A stretch of DNA of 64,000 nt. It comes from Mobula hypostoma (taxonomy: Eukaryota). Of this stretch, positions 1-12,905 are shown in pieces. The notes beneath the pieces are model-generated. The model saw only the letters and a program-made list of their open reading frames with translations, did not search any database and was not told where the DNA came from. The DNA is taken from assembly GCF_963921235.1 (NCBI RefSeq), contig NC_086108.1, positions 64,420,001 through 64,484,000 of the forward strand, in the 5' to 3' direction. The translations under genes and the position numbers were made by a program. Numbering within the stretch: position 1 is the stretch's first letter; each line of letters starts with the position of its first letter.

Positions 1-56
1 AAATTTCACATCACATGCCGGTGATAATAATCCTGATTCTGATTCTGATTCTGATT
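1..56 (+). repeat. 3' tail of a LINE ending in (GATTCT)n
   Basis: 'gataataatcctgattctgattctgattctgatt' is a microsatellite-type LINE tail. Confidence 0.5.
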
Positions 57-480
57 GCCAATAGGTGTCTTCTTCCTAAAATCAGTAGAAAGATGGGAAG
101 ATGCGCTGAATAGCTATGCTTCTTTAGCTGCCATCTCCATAGATGTACCAGTTCTGAAGTATTCAGCCACAGTCTGACTAAAAGGGGATTATTTTTTTAA
201 ATTACGAAATGTTTCATTACAGGATATAAATGATCAAAAGCATAATTACACTATTTGCATGATACAGAAACATACCAAAGTTCTCCCAATAACTAAATTT
301 TAGTTGGTGTGGAGTTAATTTGTGATGTTATAATCTTGCACATTATAAGGTTACAAAACCATTGACTTTTGGAAATATTGGTAAGAAATCCACTTTGAAC
401 ATAACATCCTTAAGATGCTTCTAAAACCAATAAGTACTTAAACACATGACATACTGCAGATGCTGTAAATCCAGAACAAC

Positions 481-1332
481 ACCATAAAACATAAGACATG
501 GGAGCAGAATTAGGCCATTTGCCCCACTGAGTCTTCTCCACCATTGGATCATGGTTGATCCATTTCCCTCTCAACCCCGTTCACCTGCCTTGTCCCCATA
601 ACCGTTCACACCCTGACTAATCGAGAACCTATCAACCTTGAATAGGCCCAATGACCTGCCTCCACAGCCGCCAGTAGCAACAAATTCCACAGATTCACCA
701 CCCGCTGGCAAAAGAAATTCCTCCACATCTCCGTTCTAAATGGACATCCCTCTCTTCTGAATTGTGCCCTCTGGTCCAAGACTCACCCACTATAGGAAAC
801 ATCCTCTCCATATCCATTCTGTCCAGGCCTTTCAACATTTGATAGGTTTCAATAAGATCCCCCCCCCCCGCCTATTCTTCTAAATTCTAGTGAGTACAGG
901 CCCAAAGTCATCAAACATTTCTGACATGATAAGCCTTTCATTTCAGGAATCATTTTCACAAGCCTCCTTTGAACCTTCTCTAATGTCAGCACATCCTTTC
1001 TCAGATATGGGGTCCAAAACTGCTCACAACACACCAAGTGAGGCCTCACCAGTGCCTTATAAAACCTCAACATTTCATCCTTGTTTTTGTATTCTATTCC
1101 TCTCAAAATGAATGCTAACATTGCATTTTCCTTCCACAGCACTGACTCAACCTGTGGGTTAACTTTTAGGGAATCATGCACAAGGACATTTGCACCTCAG
1201 ATTTTTAAATTTTCTTTCCATTTAGAAAACTTCTACCAAAGCACATGACCATACACTTCCCAACATTGTATTCCATTTGCCACTTCTTTGCCCATTCTCC
1301 CAATATATCTAAGTCCTTCTGCAGCCTCCCTA
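481..1332 (-). mobile_element. CR1 LINE 3' fragment (degenerate)
   Basis: ORF 849-1181 contains YKALVRPHL..QFWTPYLRKDVLTLEKVQRR..LGLYSLEFRR (CR1 ORF2 C-terminus). A CR1 3' tail lies at the left end. Confidence 0.9.
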
Positions 1333-2467
1333 CTTCCTCAGCACTACCTGTTCCCATGGGCTGTTGATTTCAATACTTGAACTTAGCCATGAGAGTGGAA
1401 TAATAATCTACTTCTGTATCTGGGTAGGGATGACCTGGAGTTCGTAATATTCCCCATGTTGGTGATATTCTGTCTTTGTCCTTAAGGGGCCAAAACTGTG
1501 GGTACGGGTTAAATCTGCTCACACAGTTCTTCTTCAACACTGTATTGATGAGTCAACCTAGCCGTTTTTTCTCAGATCCTGAAGTGCAGTCAGAAGCATA
1601 TACTTCTAACTAATCAAAAAGTAGCAACCATATCCTCATCTAGACCCAAGTCAAATCCAGTTCACATCCTAATAAAATCGCCATGTCTGAAGGGTTATAT
1701 GTAAAGAAGGACTTTGCTGACTGTAGTCTGTTGTGTGGTTGCGTGATGAGAGTTTTTTTTTAACTGTTAGTTTTAGAGGAACTAAGCAATTACATATTAA
1801 AGGTTTAGGGGCATCTGGGGCAAATGGGGAAGCTTTGATGGGCATCTTGGCCAGCATAGTCTAGTTGGGCTAAAGGGCCTGTTCGCAAGCTGTGTGAATC
1901 AATGGCTCTATGACTTGTAACCGTCTGCTTAACTGGTTCCACCAGAACGATGGGGTTAAGTATGACCCACAAATAAATAATTAAATAATCAGGGCAAAAA
2001 GAAATTACATACAGATCATGGACATGGGACATTAGGTAGTCATTCAATCTTTCTTCCCTGTGTTGAATATAGACCCATCTGGAAGTTAATTTTACTTCTT
2101 CCATTTTCCTTTTTCTGTCATAAGATATTTTAAAGTTCTTGTCTTCCTGAGTATAATCTACTAAATTCTTAGTCATAGACATAGTGTTATACACCCTAAA
2201 AGTAGGCTATCATCCCTCCATGACCATGCCGCTCTTGAGCCCATCCACACTAATTCAGATCACCCACATTGTTCTCTGCCCTATTTGCATCATCTTCACA
2301 TTCCCTGCTCCACTTCCAATCATCCCGCCCTTCCTGCCACACTTGACCACTGATTACTACAGCACATTCCTCGGTTAAGTGTTCATTTGCTCTGACCATC
2401 TCTGTTCCTGGTTTTTCCTGCATGGTTCACTAGGCCATCACTCTTTTAGGTCTGCATCCATCAATGA

Positions 2468-2822
2468 CATAGAAACATAGAAAACCGACAGCACAATACA
2501 GGCCCTTTGGCCCACAAAGTTGTGTCAAACATGTCCTTACCTTAGAAATTACTAAGGTTACCCACAGCTCTCTATTTTACTAAGCTCCATGTACCTATCC
2601 AAAAGTCTCTTAAAAGACCCTATCGTATCCGCCTCCACCACCGTTGCCAGCAGCCCATTCCATGTACTCACCACTCTCTATGTAAAAAACTTACACCTGA
2701 CATCTCCTCTGTACCTACTCCCTAGCACCTTAAACCTGTGCCCTCTTGTGGCAGCTATTTCAGCCCTTGGAAAAAACTTCTGACTATCCACACGATCAAT
2801 GCCTCTCATCATCTTATACACA
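2468..2822 (-). mobile_element. CR1 LINE 3' fragment
   Basis: VYKMMRGIDRVD..TRGHRFKV in ORF 2678-2866, plus a (catagaaa)n tail. Confidence 0.9.
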
Positions 2823-4079
2823 TCTTCCTTCTGGCAGGCAAGCGCCACACTGCTTCTCCCTTTCAAGTCTTCATAAGCCCCACTCTGCAGTCAGATTGTC
2901 AAGTCCCCTCAGGGCCATCCTGCTTCCTCCGTACTCTTCCCTGCAGCCCTCTACCTCTGTGCCTTCATAGTTCATTCTCGTTTTGTTCTGTATTCAAAGT
3001 AAACTGGTCCATCCTTCATCCTACCTGGTACGGTGGCTTACCACCCTGCACTTCCTCATGTTTTACGGTCCATTTCCAACCACCAGGCTTTCCGGGCAAC
3101 TGATTCTGGTTACGCACTCCTTGGTTTATTGCCCCTTCACCCTGTCCATCTATTCAAACTATACCGTCAGTTAGGGCATCGCCCTTTCAGGTCATCATGA
3201 GCTTCGTCCTGATATCTGACTTTCTGTTCCACCTGAGCCACAACTTGCCTTCTCCTCTTAAAAAAGAATAAATCCAAGGTAAAAAAGAAGCATGGGGTGA
3301 TGGTTATGGAGGGTATTTTTACTCATAATGGTGTCGTTTTACAGAAAAGAAATAGACCAGATAATGTTTTTTCAATGTGTCTGTAAAATTCAGCTCTACC
3401 AAAGCAATTCAACAAGAAACAGAGAATGGAAACCAAAATCTAATCCGCAATACAAGTCTTGAAGAGTCATTTTTAGCTAAGGCTGAATTTTACGAACCTC
3501 CAGGATTTCTGCAGTGAAAGTATTTACTTGTGGAAAAGTGTCAAAGACTAAGTCATGACAAAGTAAACTAGACTTGGAAAGATTTGGTGATCTCTTCTGT
3601 TCCAGTGGGGAACAGCTTATACAGGGACACACCTGGGAAATTGCTGTGTGCAACTGTTCTCCACTCCTTGGGATTGCAGCATCACCCAGTCATCCTTCCT
3701 TCCTCATTAGTGTTAGGTGGCAGCTAGCAATTGCTACTAAAATGATAAATTGCAAGATTGCGTGAAATTACCAAGTGCTTGAGCAATGCCATAGAGGCAG
3801 TGATGTTGTCTTTAAAATTATACATTTTAACATGTGTTTTCACCTGTGGTCTGTGGGTGTTGTGAAGTTTGAATAATTTGATTTTAATTTGGAACTTATT
3901 GCAGCCTGAAGTAAATGTCATCTTTCCTCTTACAAGGTGGATTGTTTTACATATACTAATTTAAATTAGCACTTCATCACCAATGCAGTTTTAAAATATG
4001 TATTTCAGAATTCTGTAGAAGTCTCTATTGTTCATATTTACAGCAAAATGAAACCATTTTTATGCTGTAGAATTAATAT

Positions 4080-5735
4080 AAATTGATTCATGTCCTACTT
4101 TGGAATGAAAAAGAAGAGTTCGTCACATAAACTAAACACTAATTTGGAAGACTTTTGAAGTCTTACTAATGAATGACACACATAACTGGCTTGAAAGTTT
4201 TGTGGAAAACAGTTGTTAAGCACACTATACTTGTTGTCAGATAGTATCTTGTAAAGATTGAAACACTTCAAACAAAAATGTTCCATCTTGCTTTCAACTC
4301 CAAGAGATTTATGCTTTCTTCTATAGAACTATTCTGTGTACAGAAGGTTTCAGTAGAGTATAATAGGAATACTTATGAATATAACTCCAACAACAAATAA
4401 TGTTTTTTATCTGCTTGATCTTTGTTCATTAGGTTTTGAGTTTGTTTTCCACTTGAACACAAAAATGATGGATCATTAGTCACTAAGAATTTTTGAAAGG
4501 AATAAAAGGAAAATCGATAACAAAAAGGCACTTGTCATTCATAGATTCCCATCACTGGACTAAACAATAATAGATGTCTATATTGCCATACTCAACCAAG
4601 CTGATGAATTTGAAGGCCAAGTACTTCAGCTAATTTATTGTTGTCAATTTCTCACTGAAGAATAACACAGTGCTATTGCTGTTGTACGATTACCTTAGTT
4701 TGTATTATAAAGCGTTTGCAAAATGTTTCTGTACATTTTACAGCTTAGAATGTGCAATTGAAAGTAAAATATTGCAGTTGGACATTACCCAAGTCATTGC
4801 CTTGAACCCCATATTAACGAATAGGAGGTCAAAGAGCAGGGAGTAAAAGAATCAAAAGGACCCTGCTGAACTTGACAAGAAACCCTCAGATAAATTTGAT
4901 AACTAGTCAATTTGGAGACTGGTTAGCCATGAAGAAGGAATGTCAAGGCAACTGAATATGATAGTTACTGTCAGAGTGGAGTGGGCTCAGAATGTGGACA
5001 GAGTGGGGATTGGGTAACAGTGCTGAGGGAACTTGTAAGGTTCTAACAGCATGAGGCAATTATCGAGTCAGAGAGGAGATTATAAGAACATAAGAAACAG
5101 AAGCAGGAGTAGATTACGTGACCTCTTGTGCCTGCTCCATCATTCAGTAAAATTATGGATGATATTTTACCCTAGTGCCACTATCCTGAACTAATTCCAT
5201 GCCACCTGATTCACTTAATATTAAAAATCTATCAATTTTAGTCCTGAATATTTTCAATAATTGCACCAGCTCTTTTAGGCAGAGAATTCCACTGAATCTG
5301 GGTGAAGAAGGTTCAGATTATTTAGTCTGTCCTGAATAGTTACCCCTAAATTGAGGCTGTGAACTCTGTAAAATCATTGAGCATTTCAGTGACATTACCA
5401 CTTATGCCTTGAAAGTCAGAACACTGTTTATTTAACTTCTCTGATCCCAAAAAAAAATGCCATTGCAGGATGCAGATCAGAATGCTAACAAATCTAACTG
5501 AATTAATCTCGACTCCCTAGCTTGAGTGACAATTTGGGAGTGCAAAGGTGCTGCAGTTAGTGGGGCTGACTCACACCTCCAGAGGCTCGGTTCAGTTCCA
5601 TTCTCTGGCACAGTTTGTGTGGAATTTGCATGTGATTGCATGGATTTTCTTTCGGTTGTCTAGTTTCCTTCATCATCCCAAAGGTATTCTACAAGTTAGA
5701 AGTAGAACTTCCCGTACCTAATAAAGTAACCTTGG
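4080..5735 (+). repeat. Left arm of a long inverted duplication (partner 62236-63911)
   Basis: The reverse complement aligns colinearly with 62236-63911. It covers ~1 kb of sequence I do not recognise as a repeat, a CR1 tail, a SINE fragment and a Tc1 end, in the same order in both arms. Confidence 0.97.
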
Positions 5736-6084
5736 AAATTTTTAAAAGATAGTTGTCCTCAGTGAGTTTTAAATATGTTCTAAGAATTTTATCTAAATTT
5801 CAACAGCCATCACAAAAAATATTTTAACTGGGTTCAAACTACCTCATTAACTGGAAGTATTTCCTCCTTGATAGGAAGGGAGGACCAACTGCTTAAATAG
5901 TTCACATTGGCAGTGAAACACAGTGGAGGATAAACAGGGAAGTAATCTAACCTTTGATGAATAGGTAGCTACTGCTTAACCTTCCTTAATGAGGGTACCC
6001 GTAGCTACCTATATCAGATATCTTTATCCTTAAGATCTTTGTTTGAGATCAGAACTTTATGCACAGTGAACAAAATACCATCGC

Positions 6085-6545
6085 ACTGTTATTGGAGAAG
6101 GTCATGAGGCGATCTCGGGAACAAGAGGGTTAATATATGAGGAGCACTTAATGGCTCTGGGCCTGAGCTCACAGGAGCTTGGAAAAATGAGGGAAGATCT
6201 CTTTGAAATCTATTGAATATTGAAAGGACTAGATAAAATGAACATGGAGAGGATGTTTTTAATAGTGGGAGAACTTCAGAATAGAAGGACATCACTATTG
6301 AACAGAGATTATGAGAAATTTCTTTAGCCAGAGGGTGGTGAAGCTGTGGAATTCATTGTCACAGCTGGCCATAGAGGCCATCAGTGGGTATACTTTAAAG
6401 TAGAGGTTGATAGTTTTATGATTAGTAAGGGGGTCAATGGTTACAAAGAGATGTAACCATGAAAATGGAGTTGAGAGGGAAAATAAATCAGCCATAAATG
6501 AATGGCAGAGCAGAACTTGATGGGCTGAATGGCCTTTTCTCTCTG
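6085..6545 (+). mobile_element. CR1 LINE 3' fragment
   Basis: 'aaatttctttagccagagggtggtgaagctgtggaattcattg' followed by the CR1 3' UTR 'gatgggctgaatggcc'. Confidence 0.85.
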
Positions 6546-7049
6546 AGTTCAATGGTGTGGCAGAGAGTTCATCCCTCCTCCATCCCCTCACATGTTTTCA
6601 CTTAAGTTTATAATTGTCCCTTCTCTAGGTTTAATAATAACTGAGCAACAGTTTGATTAGCATGACAGAGGTCATATGATGATCTCTGGAAAGAAAATCA
6701 AGGCAACCTTGGCTCCACAGACAATCCAGATCTCCCAGTACAAGGCCTTCAGCCAGCTGTTTATGCATCCCCAATTAATGTAAAATAAATACTCAGGGAA
6801 GTAACAGCACTGTTCAATTCTAGGAAACAATTTGCCTTTTTAATACCTTGAGTGGTTTCATTTACTGTGCACAATGTTACAAAAACATTAGCCATTTCCA
6901 TTTGTCCTTACTGGTTCTGCACTGCCATTTTGCCATGCTTATGCTTTTGTGTTTTCAAAAACTGCTTGGAAAATCAATGAAGCTCCAGGAGATATTGCAG
7001 ATATTGCTGCATGGAATTGTGCCTCTGAATCTTTATGACACTTATTAGT

Positions 7050-7703
7050 CAAACGCCCTCGTTTCCTTGGCTGCGTAAGTAGAAGGAAGGCAACCTCCAG
7101 CCCCGTCAAACTCATGAGATTGAGGCGTGCCCGATCCCACCCCAAAGCCCCGGTGTGTGTGGATGCTGTGTCATTTGCTGCCCTGTTACAAATTAGTGCC
7201 ACAAAATAACAGACAGCACAGTGCAAACCGATTAAACGAATTATATTTAAGAATCTTAACTGAAGGGCTAGTGAAGAATAACATAAAGAAAAGGGCCCAT
7301 TCTGATTAAACAGTCAAATGTGCGCAAGTTGGAGCTCATTTTGAACTTCTCTATCACTCACATGCTGGGCCCTCAGACAACGTGAAAGCACACACCGCCT
7401 CCTGAACGTCACTCACAATCCATCTTGAATAAACTGATCTCCCACCGGTTCACATGCTACAAACCGGTTCTCCCCAGCATCTTCTCTCTTCGTCTCCTCT
7501 CAAGCAAAAGCTCCCAGCCCAACCTTAGTGGCCCTCACCACAGAAATCTCCCCTTAATCCGACCATCCTAATTAGATGGCACACATTTCTCCTCTCTCTT
7601 ATCTTCAGCAGTAACCCAAACAAACAGGAAAACAGAACAGACTGTTCTTACAGATCCGCCAAAATGAAATACATACAGTAAAAATATGAACCAGGAAATT
7701 ACA
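7050..7703 (-). mobile_element. Probable solo LTR
   Basis: A ~650 bp block, richer in CpG than its surroundings, ending '...aattaca'. It resembles a reverse-oriented Gypsy LTR. Termini and TSD are not clearly resolved. Confidence 0.35.
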
Positions 7704-9237
7704 TTCCATAATATTGTCCTAATATTGAAAGGAGCAATTTGTCCTTGAAAATAAATCTAAGCACAATTTTGTAACTCAGCTGCCTGCCTAATAAAATGAT
7801 CTCCCAAAGATTCACACCTCCTTTAACATCTCATTGGAAAGATCTTGGGACCTAACTTTGTTTGTGGGCTGTTAAAAAGTAGTATTCAGCCACTGTCCAC
7901 ATGTCTGAACTCCCAACACATCTCTCTTTGGGACCTTGTTTCATTTTCTGCCTAATATCTCACTATTCAACCAGTTAATTACTGCTACTTAGAGACTCTG
8001 CTGTTACAGGCTGAAATCCTCTCAGCATAGTTGTGCGGCATGCTGCTTGCAGAGGACTGCTGAGACAGCGGTCTGAGGGAGGCCGCAAAGAAACCCAGCA
8101 CCTCCCTTGGCTCTCTGCAACAGCAACAAACCCGTAGGGAGGCAGCCAACAGAGAGGAAGGCATGGTATTGTGGTAGGAACAGCAACACTTTGCATAAGA
8201 TTGCCGATCCCATGACACACACATTGTGGTAGGATCTGTACAGTCCAAAAGCCATGATGCATCACTTGTAAACAGTTAATAAGGAATAAGTACCTGTGGA
8301 ACTGGATATTATGTGACAAAACTAGGATCCTCCAGCAATAAATTTTATTCATTTGTTGTATTCATCATGAGTGGAGAGCATCATTTGTTTATATAGGTCA
8401 GATTTAAATGTTAAAGACAAACATGCATTTAAACCCGAAGGCCCCCACATTTTTTTCTCATGTGAATGAGGTTTTTGTATTAATTGTTGCCACGTGTTTA
8501 ATAATGTTTCACTTTCCCAATGTAAAGTTGCACAATAGTGTGAGATCAAAAATTTTTCAAGGTTTTGCCATAAATAGCATGACTTGTTTTCTTCCTACCA
8601 TGCATAACTTCTGACAAATTTGATCATTAAGTACAATTCATTCCATATGCATAGAAGATACAACTGCTAACTAACTGTCAAGTCTTATAGTGCACTCAAC
8701 GTTCTATATTTTTTATGGCTTAGAGGTCGGCATATCACCACTTCCATAGTTGGCACAGCTCCACCTGGTTAATAAACTTAATGGACCTTTTTAATTAAGG
8801 ATGACAAAAAAAGCCTTATTTATTAAAAACTTAAAAGACTTTTATTTTATCCAATGATTTTCAAAGTGATCTGACAGTGATCTATGGTTAATATTACCCT
8901 TCATATCTCAATCTTTAATTACTATCGGCAAAGATAATGGAAAGTATTTAAAATCAATGCTGCACTTTTTCTTTAATCTGGGTATGCTGGCAATCCCGGG
9001 ACACTCTCGCCCCTGCCCCATCAGAAAATGTGACCTTGCTGTTGTGTGTGTATCCAGGGTAGGAGAGGGATCCTGAAACAGTACCTGTGTCCAGATCAAG
9101 GATTAGATATGGTAGGCATTAGATGAAGAAAGTGTATAAAAATCTCAAGAATTCAACATTTTTATTGATAATATGAAAAAGCTCATTCATGTCTTGCCTC
9201 AATGGTAGTACTTTTCTCTTTGAATGTCAACACTATA

Positions 9238-9549
9238 CGAGGGGTGATTGATAAGTTCATGACCCAAGGTAGAAGGAGTCAATTTTAGAAAACCTAGCAC
9301 ATTTATTTTTCAACATAGTCCCCTCCTACATTTACACACACAGTCCAGCGGTTGTGGAGCATATGGATCTTGGACCTCCAGAAAGTGTCCACAGCAGGGG
9401 TGATTGATAAATTCGTGGCCTACGGTAGAAGGAGATGAGTTATTAACTTCAAGATTTCTGAATAATTACTGAAAGAGTTCAACTGCATGTGCAGGTAATG
9501 AGAGATGATCTCCTTCTACCTTAGGCCACTGACTTATCAATCACCCTCG
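9238..9549. mobile_element. mariner-like MITE
   Basis: TIRs CGAGGGGTGATTGATAAGT...ACTTATCAATCACCCTCG flanked by TA, with a third internal TIR copy near 9397. Confidence 0.9.
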
Positions 9550-9560
9550 TAGACCTATTC

Positions 9561-9814
9561 TGTTATGTTTTCTAATTCCAAAACATAAAACTAATTCAAA
9601 GGAAAAGACAGAGAGTCCAAAATGCGTCTAACTTTATTTTTTGCTTTAACTAAGGCATGCATGTATTACGTGATGGTGTAATGACATGTGACATTCATGT
9701 ACTATTACATTCCTCTATAACCCATATGATTTATTTGAAGCAAGAAAGAATGCTTAATCAAACAATATATTTACAATATTATTCAAATATTACTGAAATA
9801 TTAAATACACAACA
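9561..9814 (-). repeat. 3' LTR of the Gypsy element
   Basis: TGTT...AACA termini, adjacent PPT, similar to 14207-14451. Confidence 0.9.
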
Positions 9815-10082
9815 CTTCTCCTCCCTGCTCAGCTATAAATCCAACTCAATGTGGAATGCATCTCAATATTCTATATAATACCACTACTATACTGACATCC
9901 ACAACATTGTAAATTTAAAATTGACTCATCCAAACCTAAAGATTTAATTACCATGGAGGATTTCTTATTCTTGTGGGATAATGGCTTTCCTGATAAGGGA
10001 GGTCACTCTGCTTGGCAGGTCAGACTTGTAACTGTGAAAACAATCTCAGACTCTAGGGTTTGACTTAGGAAGTGGTTCTCTC

Positions 10083-11377
10083 TGGGGCCGGATTAACCTA
10101 GTAGCAAAAGTAGCATACGCTACAGGCCCCGCATTTTTGAGGGCCCTGCCTGCACTAAACGCTTGCAAGCTGCAGTCTGGTGAAATCGGCATCTCACTGT
10201 ATTCTCACGACTGTTAGAGTGAGTTTTGGGTAGACAATTCATTTACACTTAAATAAATGACTTCAGCCATCAGTTTTCTGTTCTTTGACAAAGTACTGTG
10301 GATTGAGTGGATAACAATGCATTTCCTAAAAGCTGTGAACCCAGTTTCATTTGTAATAATGCATCTCTGGTGCCTCTGAGGCAAAAGTGCTAAGTTTACA
10401 GGTAGTTGCGAAGACATTGTATCTATGCTTTTTGAATATGAATTGTCCTCTATGTTAGCACGTAACATACCAAATAATGTATTATGGATTTTAACTTGCA
10501 TTCCTAAAGGCCATGAATGTCAGTTTAGGCATACTGGCGCCGGTAGAATGAATTTAATCAAAAGATGTGAAAACTTTAAAGAATTGTCTACACTTGTAGC
10601 TATGAACTGTCCTTTGTTTAGCAAATAAATATCGAGTCTCAATCATAAAGTGGTTAGACCTGTTCTGCCAGAGGTCTCTGCCTGCTGTAACCTTGTTTTG
10701 TCAAATAAAGTAACCGCCTTCCATCTGCTGGTAACGCAACGCTCTGTGATTTCATCCACGCCACAACAACGTCATGTCGGGGAGCTGCATGCTGCATGGT
10801 ACAGTATGTGTGTGCAGGCGTGTGTTGGCTCCTTGCTGTGTCATGGTGACCTTAATGCTATTTCCCACGCTCCCAAGCTGTTGCAGCATGCGCTGTTACG
10901 CTGCACCGTCCAGCAGCGCCACGGTGAGCCTGCGACAAGGGATGTGCAACTCAATAGTTTTATGTGACCCAGTTCATGATTCCTCATTTTCAAAACTAAA
11001 AAAAGGATTAAAAATGAACCAGGAGCACCATGGGTCAAAACAGATTGAACTATTTCACTCTAATGAGCATTGAACATGAACTTCTGCATGAAATAGACAT
11101 TTCCAGTATCATCATCAAGTTTGCTCATGCTAAACCTAGAAAATCTAACTCTTAAATTGTAGTTTTGACATTTGAAATTGATACCTACATGTAAGTAACA
11201 CTATTACTGAAGTGTCAGACATTTGTTGTATTATCTGGCTGTATAGCAAATGAAAAAATTGAATTACTTTACTATGCAATTAAATAATTTATGTTTTAAT
11301 ACTTATGTTCATTTTCTAAATTTAGGGCCCCTTTATAACATATGCTACAGGCCCCGCACTAGCTTAATCCAGCCCTG
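10083..11377. mobile_element. Non-autonomous hAT DNA transposon
   Basis: TIRs tggggccggattaa / ttaatccagccctg. Perfect 8-bp TSD gttctctc at 10075-10082 and 11378-11385. Subterminal motif gctacaggccccgca near both ends. Confidence 0.9.
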
Positions 11378-11389
11378 GTTCTCTCAGAT

Positions 11390-12320
11390 CTGAAAGTGAA
11401 AGTTTCACCTTTCTTTTCCTTTTTTCCACTTTTTGCTTTTCTCCTAGTCCTGTCTTCATTCTCTCTCTTTACCCCACTCTTTATCTCTCTAACATTATTT
11501 CTCTCTTTTTTGCCTTTCTCTTTCTCGCTCACAATCTTTCCCTCAATCTCTTCTCTCCTTGTCAACTTCTTGTCTTTCTTTTCCTTGCCTTCCATTTTCT
11601 TCTTCTAGTTTCTTGGGAGATTCTCTGCTTTTGCTCAGATATTGAGAAATTGGATCTTGTTTACCCTCTTCCACTTCCATAGCATTAATGTCATCATCTT
11701 CTTTCTTTTCCTTTTGTTTTACTTTTTAGTTTGTGCATCTTGATCTTGGGAAGGTGCATTCAGTTCCCTGGATTACTCGCTTATTAATCCTTCCATTGTT
11801 CTCTTTACAATTTGATCTCTCCTCTTAGTTTCCTCATCCACAACAACATCTCATGAATCCTCAGTTTTTGTATCTCAATTGACTCCTTTCTTTTTGGCCT
11901 TCCATTCACCCATCTGGGCTTTGGTCTTTGCATCCACTTTTACAAGCAGCTTTTTGTCTTCCCTTGGAGTTTATGTAATAATCTTAAAGTTCACAGAGAA
12001 GAATCTGGCTCTATTTACTCACAAAAAAAATGAGTGCTTCCAATTTTCCTGAATATCTTTGAACTCTCTTCCAGCTTAAAAGCAAGTCATATTTCACACG
12101 TAATTGTGCCTGATTTACATAACAGAAGCTTTCTCAGATACTGTATGTTGATTACAAAAAATGTTATGGTCAGACCATTATTTTCTCACTTTCACAATCC
12201 CTCTGAGCAGCATGGTCCTTCCTTGGTCTAATATGCTCTCCAAACAAAGGAAAAGAGGTTGGCACCAACACGCTCTGTTGTGTTTTGTTGGGCAATGGTC
12301 CATGGTGTGCAGCATGGCCA
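11390..12320 (-). pseudogene. RBM25: Processed (intronless) RBM25 retrocopy fragment: N-terminus, RRM and start of the RE/RD-rich region, with stops and frameshifts
   Basis: Minus-strand translation gives, in order: VLVPT..RKDH, SEKAS, LSWKRVQ..SGKL, FCE..EP..LRLLH, KKLLVKVDAKTKAQMGEWKAKKK, DEETKRRDQ, ELNAPSQ, KEKKED, DINAMEVEE, KKLEEE. These are colinear with RBM25 as I recall it, with no introns. Confidence 0.92.
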
Positions 12321-12489
12321 CAGTTGTAGCATCGTCTAGTAACTTTCTTAATTCACTTCCAGTTGACTCTATTGCAGGGGATGTGGCATGTAAATGGTAG
12401 ATGGATCTCTAATCGAGTTATAGTTGTCTCAGTCATTCATAACCACACAATGCTGGCCCTCCTGTTTCTAACCATATAGATGATTCCTA

Positions 12490-12905
12490 TATACACTGGA
12501 ATTCAGAAGAATGAAGGGTACTATCATTGAAACTTATTGAATGCTAAAAGGCCTTGATAGAATATATATGGAGAGGATATTTCCTATGGTGGGAGAATCT
12601 AAGACCAGAGGACATAGCCTCAGAATAGAGAGGCGCCCTTTTAGAATGGAGAAGAGGAGGTATTTCTTTAGCCAGAGAGTACTGAGTCTATGAAATTTGT
12701 TGCCACAAGCAGCTGTGGAATCCAAGTCTTTATGTTTATGTAAGGCAGAAGTTGATAGATTCTTGATTGGTCAGGGCATGAAGGGATACAGAGGGAAGGC
12801 TGGAGACTGGGGCTGAGAGGAAAAATGGGAATCAGCCAAGATGAAATTGCAGAGCAGTCTCAATGGGCCAAGTGGCCTAATGCCACTCCTATATCTTATG
12901 GCATA
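12490..12905 (+). mobile_element. CR1 3' fragment inserted into the Gypsy protease region
   Basis: SKTRGHSLRIERRPFRMEKRRYFFSQRV followed by the CR1 3' UTR. Gypsy protease sequence continues on both sides. Confidence 0.9.

Noticed and set aside
110..178. Possible terminal exon on the minus strand (QTVAEYFRTGTSMEMAAKEA*)
   Set aside because: It is short, the acceptor is weak, I recognise no homolog, and there are no supporting upstream exons.
11359..11608. K/E/R-rich ORF and F/L/S-rich antisense 'membrane protein' ORF
   Set aside because: Both are frameshifted or antisense readings of the decayed RE-rich part of the RBM25 retrocopy.
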